Assembly: GCA_018649885.1 (NCBI GenBank)
Contig: JABIHA010000036.1
Location: forward strand, 62,001 to 126,000
Source: Bacteriovoracaceae bacterium
Lineage (GTDB): Bacteria > Bdellovibrionota > Bacteriovoracia > Bacteriovoracales > Bacteriovoracaceae
Length of the DNA stretch: 64,000 bases
Direction of reading: 5' to 3'
Shown here: positions 29,388 through 37,803 of the stretch, one piece after another
Numbering within the stretch: position 1 is the first letter of the stretch
Layout: the number at the start of each line of letters is the position of its first letter
Program-made: the position numbers and the translations under genes
The notes under the pieces: generated by a model
What the model was told of the DNA's origin: nothing
The model's database searches: none
What the model saw: only the letters and a program-made list of their open reading frames with translations

Positions 29388-30207
29388 ATTAAGACCCATT
29401 TACCACTTTCTTATTAATAAGGCTGCGGGAAAATATATTGCCGGCGAAACTCTTTTGCTTGCTCAAGGTGCAATTAATCGAAATGCAAATAATACTATAG
29501 GTTACTGGGATGGTGATGATGATAGTATTGAAACCATTGTTGATCAATACCTAGAATCTATTGAGGCCATAAAACACAATGAAAATGGATCCTATATTTC
29601 TATTAAAGTACCTTCAATTAAATACAACTATGAGTTGATGGACAAAATTATCCACAAGGCAGTTGAATGTGGTGTTGCAATTCATTTTGATTCACTTGAC
29701 ATAGATACTGCCGATAAAAACCTAGAAGTTGCCCTCTACTGTAAACAAGCGGGTGTAAAATCTGTTAGTATTTCACTTCCTGCCAGATGGGCCAGAAGTG
29801 AAAAGGATGCTATGTGGGCCAGCCGCAATGGTATTGTTTGCAGAGTTATTAAAGGCCAATGGGAAGATCCCAGCTATGTGGATATTGATACCAACAAGAA
29901 TTTTCTTAGCTTAATCTCACTATTATCAAAGCAAGACATACTTGTTCGAGTTGCTACCCACGACTTTAAGCTTCTTAAAGATTCAATCGAAATATTGAAA
30001 TCAAATTCAAAGTACGAAATAGAACTGCTCTATGGGCTTCCCTCTTATCAAATCATCAAATTTGCCGACCTTCGCCATGAGCCTATTAGAACCTATATCC
30101 CCTACGGTCATTCCTGGGTGCCCTATTGTTTAGAGAATTTAAAAGGCAATCCTCTCGTTATACTTAATATTTTGAGAGATTCATTTTTAAGCGCTATAAA
30201 AGCCTAA
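29350..30207 (+). CDS. Monofunctional proline dehydrogenase-family flavoprotein
   Basis: YIAGE, YISIK, IHFD, RVIKG, VATHD, EIELLYG, RTYIPYG. Overlaps the GNAT gene. Confidence 0.82.
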   Translation: MPGTKMLKALKNKLRPIYHFLINKAAGKYIAGETLLLAQGAINRNANNTIGYWDGDDDSIETIVDQYLESIEAIKHNENGSYISIKVPSIKYNYELMDKIIHKAVECGVAIHFDSLDIDTADKNLEVALYCKQAGVKSVSISLPARWARSEKDAMWASRNGIVCRVIKGQWEDPSYVDIDTNKNFLSLISLLSKQDILVRVATHDFKLLKDSIEILKSNSKYEIELLYGLPSYQIIKFADLRHEPIRTYIPYGHSWVPYCLENLKGNPLVILNILRDSFLSAIKA

Positions 30208-30337
30208 TACCCCATCTAAGCGAGGGGTTGCTGGCATAAATCATCCTGATTTAAATGAGAAAAGATGATTATACTCCTCTGATGCTTGGGTAGTTGTATC
30301 GGGAATTTTGAAAATGTGAAATCCTGTGCTGGAAAGG

Positions 30338-30364
30338 GTTTTGAGCGTTACTGCCGAAAAAGGG
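30338..30364 (+). repeat. 27-bp dispersed repeat, copy 1 (possible IS end)
   Basis: GTTTTGAGCGTTACTGCCGAAAAAGGG, 25/27 identical to 30927-30953. Confidence 0.8.
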
Positions 30365-30418
30365 ATTTAGTGAGCGAAGTCTCTAATACTTGAGATATAT
30401 TAAATTTTGCTTAAATAC

Positions 30419-30445
30419 TTAAGGTTGGTTAGAGTCGTCCGATAT
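30419..30445 (+). promoter_or_regulatory. Putative sigma28 (FliA) promoter
   Basis: TTAAG-N14-TCCGATAT, ending 33 nt before ATG 30479; resembles TCAAG-N14-GCCGATAA. Confidence 0.45.
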
Positions 30446-30478
30446 ACTTCATATAAACCTGGGACAAGAGAGTGAACA

Positions 30479-30880
30479 ATGAAGACCATAATTTTTACAA
30501 TAATGCTTGGATCTGTATTTTTAGGGCAGGCAGTAGCCTCTAACTATCGTCAATTTTACAAGATGACTTGTCCTAAAGGTTACAAACTTAAAGGAGAAAA
30601 AACTACTTTAAAAAAATCTAGTAAATTTTATTGCGAAAAAACATTAAAGGAAAATAAGGGACCTCCAGCAATATGTCAATTTCCAAAGGTTTGGGATAAG
30701 GGCCATGAGAATAGTTTTGGTGCGGATAAATGTAAGGACCCTTTAAAACCAAAGAAATTTAGTAAGAAAGGTTGTTTACTCGGTTTCAAAGTTAAGGTTG
30801 TAAAGAATTCTCAAGATCTTTGCTATTCTAAGCCCTACGACTATGTGAAGCCAAAACTCTCAAAAGTAAAGTATCCTTGA
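30479..30880 (+). CDS. Small secreted Lys-rich protein with three Cys pairs
   Basis: Signal peptide (QAVA); CPKGY..C, CQFP..C, CLLGF..C. Confidence 0.8.
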   Translation: MKTIIFTIMLGSVFLGQAVASNYRQFYKMTCPKGYKLKGEKTTLKKSSKFYCEKTLKENKGPPAICQFPKVWDKGHENSFGADKCKDPLKPKKFSKKGCLLGFKVKVVKNSQDLCYSKPYDYVKPKLSKVKYP

Positions 30881-30926
30881 TAAATAAGAAGATGGAGCTA
30901 CTTGCCTAAAGTAATTCGACAGAGCC

Positions 30927-30953
30927 GTTTTGAGCGTTACTGCTGAAGAAGGG
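30927..30953 (+). repeat. 27-bp dispersed repeat, copy 2
   Basis: GTTTTGAGCGTTACTGCTGAAGAAGGG. Confidence 0.8.
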
Positions 30954-30994
30954 TTGAAATCAATATTTTATTTACGTAATTGGTATAACAAATT

Positions 30995-31026
30995 AAAAAA
31001 GACAAGCCGGCGCATTTAGCACCGGC
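30995..31026 (-). terminator. Intrinsic terminator of 31057..31914
   Basis: Minus strand GCCGGTGC-TAAAT-GCGCCGGC followed by TTGTCTTTTTT. Confidence 0.7.
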
Positions 31027-31056
31027 CCAAAGTTGAGTAGAATTCTAAGTCGCCAC

Positions 31057-31914
31057 TTAGAAGGCAGTCAGAGATAGAGTCGCGCCTATAACGAAATCGT
31101 CTCCAGCTGTTTTTGATATTGTTTCATCATCGTAAGACTTCATAAGAGTTGCATCAGCATAAAGCTCAATATTTGCATTTTTTGCAACATCGTAAGCTAC
31201 ACTTGGAATGAATTGCAGTGAATCAGATTGATCGTGCTTTCCTGGTGCTGCTTTTCCCACTCTATCAGTGTGCTTGTATTTGAACATTGTACCAGCTGAC
31301 AATTTGTCAGTGATGGTAAAAGACGGAGTTAAATAAACTCTGAATTGGTTTTTTGAAGTTCCAACTGTGGCCTTTGTTCTATAGTACATATAGTACCTAA
31401 GAGTTGTATAAACACTTAGCCAGGAAGTTACTTTTCTTGAAAGAGAAAGGTTTGGAACTATAGCTCCATTCCAAGACAAGGCATCTCTGCTTTCATCACT
31501 TAATAGGTGAAAACTTCTAATGTCTGCGCTGAGACCAACACCGTGCTTATCTTCTGTAAGAATATTTTTTCTTTTGTATTTGAATTGAGTTGAGTCTGGC
31601 TGGAATTCATTATCATCGTCATTATTAACTGTATAAGTGACGGCTCCATATAACTCTAGGTAGTCAGATTTTGTTAAAGCGTAGCCAAAGGTACTTTCTA
31701 ATACGTTTACGAAGCCTGTCGTTTCGTAAGCTCCTTTTTCCTGCTTTTTTTCACCTTTCATTTGTTCAGTCGTAGCATAAAATTTGAGATCTAAACTGTC
31801 CTTAAATGATGGGGCTGCAGTTGTAGAAGTTGCAGTCGCGGCAAATGCATTGATTGAGGTCGAGACAAGGGCAAGTGTAAATAAGTTTCTGATTAGCACA
31901 AATTGTTTTTTCAT
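31057..31914 (-). CDS. Outer-membrane beta-barrel (porin-like) protein
   Basis: Signal peptide (NAFA), amphipathic strands with Tyr girdles, C-terminal Phe; AGGA RBS. Confidence 0.75.
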   Translation of the reverse strand: MKKQFVLIRNLFTLALVSTSINAFAATATSTTAAPSFKDSLDLKFYATTEQMKGEKKQEKGAYETTGFVNVLESTFGYALTKSDYLELYGAVTYTVNNDDDNEFQPDSTQFKYKRKNILTEDKHGVGLSADIRSFHLLSDESRDALSWNGAIVPNLSLSRKVTSWLSVYTTLRYYMYYRTKATVGTSKNQFRVYLTPSFTITDKLSAGTMFKYKHTDRVGKAAPGKHDQSDSLQFIPSVAYDVAKNANIELYADATLMKSYDDETISKTAGDDFVIGATLSLTAF

Positions 31915-32204
31915 TCTTATTTTCCTATTTTAAATATTTGAAAGCTCGATAAAATTGATAAACTTTTACTGAGCTGAGGTAAAGGATGCGAAAAACTCAA
32001 AGTGAGCTAACTATCTAATTCTTACTGCAGATGTAAGAACTTTTCCAAAATTGGTGCAAAATTCATAGATTCACAATGTAAGAAGTGCAATTTTGACACT
32101 ATCAAAATCATGGGCCCTATCAACAACACCATTATTTTATAGATATAAGGAGATATGCTCTAAAGCGTTTTTTGTCGGATATTGTGAGCTGGATTTCTTT
32201 TGAT

Positions 32205-32233
32205 AAAAAAAGGCAGCAAGGATCCTTGCTGCC
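32205..32233 (-). terminator. Intrinsic terminator of 32246..32908
   Basis: Perfect 22-bp palindrome GGCAGCAAGGATCCTTGCTGCC (32212-32233) plus A7 (U-tract on minus strand). Confidence 0.85.
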
Positions 32234-32245
32234 AATTGATTTAAA

Positions 32246-32908
32246 CTATTTCATTCTTTTAATTTTTACGCTGTGATCATTTTCTGAATCTGTATCGTAC
32301 TTAATTTCGTAGTTTTCAATTGTATTGAGTGCTTTGAAATTTAAGTAAGATTTTTGGCTGTAGCTACCTTTAGGGGTGAGCTTTACTGAGAATACTTCTT
32401 CTTCATCACCTGATAGTGAAGCTACTTTTTTAAATTTAATTTTCATGTCTTTTTGAGCTGTGTACTGAAAATCTTTTGTTCTGGCACAAACTTGAGTGTA
32501 GGTATATCTCTCTGGAACCCACTGTTGACCCCATCTAGCACAGACTCTTCTTTTTGGTCTTGGTTTGTGATATCCGCCGTGACCACCACCGTGTCCGCCA
32601 CCGTGTCCACCGCCATGACCACCACCAACTGGAACGTAGCGATAGCGTCTACAAACTCTTCTATAGTATCCAGGGATAACCCTTCGTACTGTGTCCCAAG
32701 CAACACACTTGTTAACAAGGTAGTCGATTGAGAAGTTGAGTTTAACTTCTTTAGGTGTTGATGCTGTTCTTACAAGTTCAATAACTCCGTCGCCTGAGGC
32801 TTTAGAGATATTTCCGAGTGATCCGACACTGCTATCGAGGACAACAGTATTAGCTGAAGCAATGCTAGCTGTACTCACAAGTAAAAAGGTTAAAAATGCT
32901 TTTTTCAT
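32246..32908 (-). CDS. Secreted protein with Arg-rich Cys-stapled hairpin and GGGH repeats
   Basis: Signal peptide (IASA), GGGAG RBS, Cys68/86/123/141. Confidence 0.85.
   Translation of the reverse strand: MKKAFLTFLLVSTASIASANTVVLDSSVGSLGNISKASGDGVIELVRTASTPKEVKLNFSIDYLVNKCVAWDTVRRVIPGYYRRVCRRYRYVPVGGGHGGGHGGGHGGGHGGYHKPRPKRRVCARWGQQWVPERYTYTQVCARTKDFQYTAQKDMKIKFKKVASLSGDEEEVFSVKLTPKGSYSQKSYLNFKALNTIENYEIKYDTDSENDHSVKIKRMK
32573..32626 (-). repeat. Imperfect 12-bp tandem repeat encoding (GGGH)4GG
   Basis: About 4.5 units on the + strand: ccgccgtga ccaccaccgtgt ccgccaccgtgt ccaccgccatga ccaccacc. Confidence 0.85.
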
Positions 32909-33294
32909 TGGGGGCTCCCATAGGTTTAGATTTGAAAGGTTTTTTTAGAAAGTGGTTAAACACTGACTACGAGGAATCTTTCACAGCGGTAATATCATGG
33001 CAAAGTAAACACAAAGTTTGAAAAGATTACTCAGTTACTTAATAGATTTGTGTAAGGGAAAAAGAGATGCGCGCCGCGTAGCTTCGCTACACAAGAAACA
33101 CATTCCCTATGTAAATGGCCATAGTGACTCCAGGATGACCTTTCAAAGTTCTAGAGAACAGTACTCTTTCACTCCACTTTAGCAACTTCCTTATTAAACT
33201 AGGGAATAAAACGCTTGCAACAAATTTTATAGAGCTATTTTTATTCATATAATAATGATGAGTTACCGAGACTTCTCTTAGCGAGAGGTAATTT

Positions 33295-36200
33295 ATTATT
33301 AGAACATCAATTCTTTTATTTTTTATATTTGTATCACTGTCAGTTTTTTCTGCTCCAGAGAGTTATTACAGTTCTAGATATGATAATAATGATGTAATTG
33401 CAGAGAGTAGTTCAGGTGCTGAACCACTGATAACATTTTCTCTAGGCGATGCAGTTTCTGCTCTGGAAGGTGTTAGCTCTGGCGAAAAGCCTCCGGGGAT
33501 TTATTTTCTTCCTGCATTTGATAGCAATATCAACCCGAGTCCAAGTCCAAGACGTTTATACCAAGCACGGTCAGGTGGCGTAGGTGTTGGGGAGTATGAA
33601 ACAAAAGTGGCAGCGGCAGCGAAAACAGAAGTGAGCGTTGATTTTGTTTTAACTTCCATTGATGAGAAAGCATCATCAAATTTTTATTTGCAAAAATCAA
33701 TTGCTCATTGCCAAAGTTTTGTCGTTGCAGGTGAGCTGGGTTCAAGGCCCACGACAATGGGGGACTTTACCCAATGTATGGCACAGTCAGTGGCAAGTCC
33801 TCCAAAAGCTACCGAGTATGACCGAAAAGAGACAGAAGAGTTTTTAAGAGAAAAAGCAGAAATGCATGGTGGAATTTTAAAACGATATCTTAGAGGTCAA
33901 ATGACGATCTCTCCCACTGTGGCCCAGCATTATATAGAAAAAGAATGTGAAAAACTATCCCCACAAAATGGTTTGGCCCCTAGAATGCGGGTGGCGAGAA
34001 CGAGTCTTCCTACAATGACTGCCAGTGGAACTATAATATCAATGGGTGTGACCACACCACTCACTGATGTTGAAAAAGAAGAAGATTGTCTGTTCCGTGC
34101 CCAGGAATATAAAAAGTTTCATGGGCTTGCCAATAACAAGAGAGACTTAGAAAGAGATTTTGATCGTTACAAGGACTACGTCCTTGGTGATGTCATGGAC
34201 CTTGATCCTAGTGATGGCATATCATTTGAGAGTAATGGAGACATTCAAGGAATCGTAACATCGCTTAGACCTGACTTGATGGACTACCCAGCACCGGGAA
34301 GACGTTACCGTGATGAGAGTGACATACCTTCTCAAGCAGCACTTGAAGACAATACTGAAGTTCACGATTCTTTTCTTAGGTGTCCTGATATTGATGCTCT
34401 ACCAACAGGACATCAATACGGTGCATGCTTAGCACAGAGTATTGGATCTCCTTATCAATCTGTAGCTAGGATTTTAAATAATCAAACTGGCTCCAGGGAG
34501 ATGCTATTTTGTAATACCTTGGCGCTAAATGGTATTACAGAATTTTATAAAAACTATATTATGATGTTTGGTAGCTCGCCAGTGTTAGCTGACATTGAAA
34601 GACTCAATGATGATTGTATTTGTCCAGAGGAAGAACGAGAATCTAGAGGGTGTGGTTGGTACACCGATGTATTTAATGATCTAGATGGACTCCCTACTGA
34701 GGATGCACATACTCAGTTTCAAAAGAATTACCATAGCTACCCGAGTGCACATCTTAAACGGGCGCTACTCCAGGCATTAAAAACTCCAAAAAAGGCATTA
34801 CTGGATAATACTCAGCCTAAGATCACAGAAAAAAACTATGAACATAGACTTGGTTTTCCTCTTGCCAATACTCCTTATAAGCATCTTTCAACTTGGAGTT
34901 TAAAAGATATTGTTGATAAAGCATCTGAAATAGAAGATTTCAAAGTCTCTACTCTTGGCAGGGCCTGTCGCCTTGACAACTGGTCGGCTTCCACTGCAGG
35001 TGATGTAGTGGCTGGTGTAACTGGCGCAGCAGCCAGCGCCGGAGCATGGCTAGTATCAGATTCGGTTGATGAGGATGAAACAGATGAAGAAAGGGAAGTT
35101 CGAGAACTTGCTGAAAGACAGACACAAGAGAGTATTAGCTCAGCCTCAACCGCAGTGGGGGAAGGTATGGCTACCTCTTGGCGGCTTAAGTATGGCTATT
35201 GCCCAATACCGCACACTGAAATGGAAAGAATGAGTAAGTACTATACTGAGCTTCAAGGGGCGATTGCATTAAGAGAAAATGTATTTCCTGAGTACAACGC
35301 CCAAGTGGACTATATGGCCGAAGGTGAAAAAGTCATGAAGTCTAAAGAGTTTTCAGCCGGTGAGGGAAGAGAGTTTTTAAATTCTGTTTCTGAAAAGCTT
35401 GGTGAACAAATTGCTGGGGCAGGTATGAATCCACATGAGTGGGTGGGCTATGATTCTGATCTATTTGATGAAAGAGTGAAAGGACCCCTTTCTGAAATTT
35501 TTAACGAACCTGCTGTTCAAAAAATATATGCTGAAGGGATTGCGGGTTATCCTTCAATCCAAGAAGAAGCAGAAAAGAAAAAACAGAAGTGGACGCAGAT
35601 TATTGCAGGAATGTGTAGTGCCAGAAACCCCTGGGACCCTTGTTACAAGCAAAAGCCAAATGCGACTATGAGTTGTGATAGAAATAAAGCTAAAGGTAAA
35701 ATATCTTGTTTAACAGCAGGTAAAATGACTGGTCTTGTAAAGGCCACTGTTAAACACGGCAATCACTACTTTGATGGAATGGAAGAGTGCATGGCCTCAG
35801 CCGTTGGACTAAAGGGGATGGCCACAGGTATGGGGATGGGAGCTGCAGCTCTGGGGTGTCTGGCCATTGGTGTCGGCGGTGTCGCCTTAGCTGTGCCAAC
35901 TGGTGGAGTTTCTTTTATGGGTGCTATGGGAATTGGTGGAGCCATGTGCGCGCCTCTTCTTTATTATGATTATACAGAGAAAGCCAAGGCCGGTACGGAT
36001 CTTGCTTTTGTTAGGGCCTGCGTTCAAGCAGGATCTTGTAGCGCAGAGGATTTAACTACTGAAGGTAGTGCATATAATTCGGCAAGATTTTGGTTTCAAT
36101 TTGCTGCCGTTGCCGAAATTGGTGGAGCAGCTGTAGATATAATTGGAGCGGGCATTGATGTGGCCAAGGTTATGAGACATTTTCCCAAGGCCATGAGAAC

Positions 36201-36915
36201 TGTGAGGGCCCAGAGTGCTGTAGCAGGAGCACTTCCAAGCTTGAGAGGTGTCAAAACGTCAGAGGTCACCAAGGCTTGGGATGCTCTTGTGTTGGCAAGG
36301 GAAATGGAAGCCATAAAAAATGGGACACATTTAAGGCATATAAGTGATGAAGATTTAGAGAAAAATTTTATAGAATTTTTACAAACAATGCAAAGAGCTA
36401 ATCCTGGAAATCCAGAAATGGCGACAGGGCTTTTAAATGATCAATATTTTAAAAGTATGATGAGTGTAATTGGAAAAATTGATCTAAATGATCTTCCAGC
36501 AGATGAGGCATTGAGGGTGAGGTATCTGGCCGAGGCATTTAATCTCTCTCCAGATGCTGCTAAATCTCTCGGCAAAAACCTTGATCTATTCATGGGAGAT
36601 CTAGCTGACCCAATAGGTTTTCAAAAACTAATGGCCCTTGCCACAAAAGCTGATCCACAAGCAGCCGACCTTACTAAGCTAGATGAATTTTTTGACCCAG
36701 ATGCAATTGCTCGCGCCATAGAAACCGATCCTCTTTTGGCCGGGAAGTCAGTAGATGAAGTCTTTGCGGAAAGAACTGTTGCGATGTTTATTAGAGGACA
36801 AAATGGTGATTTGGCAAGTCCCAAGTACTGGGATCATGTCTATGAATTGATATCAACTCCAGGTAAATCTCGAAGGGCCTACGATGAAATTGTCACCGCT
36901 TGTAAGGGCGGTTAG
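33295..36915 (+). CDS. Giant secreted Cys-rich hypothetical protein (~1206 aa) with hydrophobic hairpin; paralogue of 57975..60983
   Basis: Frame is open from TAA 33289-33291 to the track start at 33607. ATT 33295/33298 after GAGGT gives signal peptide IIRTSILLFFIFVSLSVFSA. Shares motifs with the 57975 protein. Confidence 0.75.
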   Translation: MIRTSILLFFIFVSLSVFSAPESYYSSRYDNNDVIAESSSGAEPLITFSLGDAVSALEGVSSGEKPPGIYFLPAFDSNINPSPSPRRLYQARSGGVGVGEYETKVAAAAKTEVSVDFVLTSIDEKASSNFYLQKSIAHCQSFVVAGELGSRPTTMGDFTQCMAQSVASPPKATEYDRKETEEFLREKAEMHGGILKRYLRGQMTISPTVAQHYIEKECEKLSPQNGLAPRMRVARTSLPTMTASGTIISMGVTTPLTDVEKEEDCLFRAQEYKKFHGLANNKRDLERDFDRYKDYVLGDVMDLDPSDGISFESNGDIQGIVTSLRPDLMDYPAPGRRYRDESDIPSQAALEDNTEVHDSFLRCPDIDALPTGHQYGACLAQSIGSPYQSVARILNNQTGSREMLFCNTLALNGITEFYKNYIMMFGSSPVLADIERLNDDCICPEEERESRGCGWYTDVFNDLDGLPTEDAHTQFQKNYHSYPSAHLKRALLQALKTPKKALLDNTQPKITEKNYEHRLGFPLANTPYKHLSTWSLKDIVDKASEIEDFKVSTLGRACRLDNWSASTAGDVVAGVTGAAASAGAWLVSDSVDEDETDEEREVRELAERQTQESISSASTAVGEGMATSWRLKYGYCPIPHTEMERMSKYYTELQGAIALRENVFPEYNAQVDYMAEGEKVMKSKEFSAGEGREFLNSVSEKLGEQIAGAGMNPHEWVGYDSDLFDERVKGPLSEIFNEPAVQKIYAEGIAGYPSIQEEAEKKKQKWTQIIAGMCSARNPWDPCYKQKPNATMSCDRNKAKGKISCLTAGKMTGLVKATVKHGNHYFDGMEECMASAVGLKGMATGMGMGAAALGCLAIGVGGVALAVPTGGVSFMGAMGIGGAMCAPLLYYDYTEKAKAGTDLAFVRACVQAGSCSAEDLTTEGSAYNSARFWFQFAAVAEIGGAAVDIIGAGIDVAKVMRHFPKAMRTVRAQSAVAGALPSLRGVKTSEVTKAWDALVLAREMEAIKNGTHLRHISDEDLEKNFIEFLQTMQRANPGNPEMATGLLNDQYFKSMMSVIGKIDLNDLPADEALRVRYLAEAFNLSPDAAKSLGKNLDLFMGDLADPIGFQKLMALATKADPQAADLTKLDEFFDPDAIARAIETDPLLAGKSVDEVFAERTVAMFIRGQNGDLASPKYWDHVYELISTPGKSRRAYDEIVTACKGG

Positions 36916-37798
36916 GCTCACACTCCTATTTTTCTTAATGATAAATTCTAATATTGAGGCAGGTATTTTACAGCACTGTGTGGCCCTTATGATGATAAAG
37001 GGAGAAGATCTTGTTGTGGCCCAAATGAAATCTCATGAATATGGGGTTCACGAGTTTACACTAGAAAGTGGTGAGAAAATAAAATTGGCCATGGGGGATA
37101 AGCTGGGTTCTGGATTTTTTGGAAGCGTTTATGACCTTGAAGCTGTTGATGGGCTTGTGCGTGAAGGTTTGATGGATACAGGGTTTGAAGTTGTCGCCAA
37201 AATGCCTCACAATGATAAATACCAAGAAGCCGTTAACTTGGCCGTTTATGCACACTCAGCAAACCCAGCTGAGGCCAAGCTCTATGATGACTTAGTCTCA
37301 CTTCGTGCACCGGTATCAAGATCGGATCACTATCCAGCTGATTGGCCAGAAGATTTTATTCCAGTAGCTCCCATACTAAGAACACTCGATACGACAGAAG
37401 GGACAATTCTTTTAAAAGGAAAAGTCCCAGGTAAGTCTCTTAAAGATTTGGCAAAGCTTTATGGAGACACACTTCCTCCAGACATCGAAAAAGGATTAAA
37501 GGATATATTTTCTTGGGTAACAGCTGTAGATGAAAATGTACCCGGTGGGGCCAAGGCCAGACAAGCTCTGGCAGATGGTGGTGAGTTTAGTGGCAGTGGA
37601 TTCTCTACTGATATCAGACCACCAAATTTAGTGTGGGTAGATGACCCTGTACTATTAAAGAATTTGGGATTAAAAGGACCTGTTTTTATGCTCTACGAAT
37701 TCTCACAAGTGCCAGCAAATTTACACTGGTACGCCGGTAAAGGGTTTCCCAATTACCTAGAAGAGTTTAAAACCTATATGAGAGGCAGCATCAATTAA
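36884..37798 (+). CDS. Secreted protein-kinase-like protein
   Basis: LGSGFFGSVY (Gly-rich loop), VVAK, AEAKLY (alphaC Glu), TDIRPPNLV (catalytic loop), YEF in the DFG position; signal peptide ending NIEA. Confidence 0.7.
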   Translation: MKLSPLVRAVRLTLLFFLMINSNIEAGILQHCVALMMIKGEDLVVAQMKSHEYGVHEFTLESGEKIKLAMGDKLGSGFFGSVYDLEAVDGLVREGLMDTGFEVVAKMPHNDKYQEAVNLAVYAHSANPAEAKLYDDLVSLRAPVSRSDHYPADWPEDFIPVAPILRTLDTTEGTILLKGKVPGKSLKDLAKLYGDTLPPDIEKGLKDIFSWVTAVDENVPGGAKARQALADGGEFSGSGFSTDIRPPNLVWVDDPVLLKNLGLKGPVFMLYEFSQVPANLHWYAGKGFPNYLEEFKTYMRGSIN

Positions 37799-37803
37799 AA
37801 AAG

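Noticed and set aside
30338..30953. CRISPR array, because the repeats begin GTTTT
   Set aside because: Only two copies 589 bp apart with a gene between them, and no cas genes.
33070..33092. GC-rich patch with GTAGC-TTC-GCTAC hairpin in the 32.9-33.3 kb spacer
   Set aside because: A 5-bp stem only, with no recognisable riboswitch or ncRNA features and no clear second copy.
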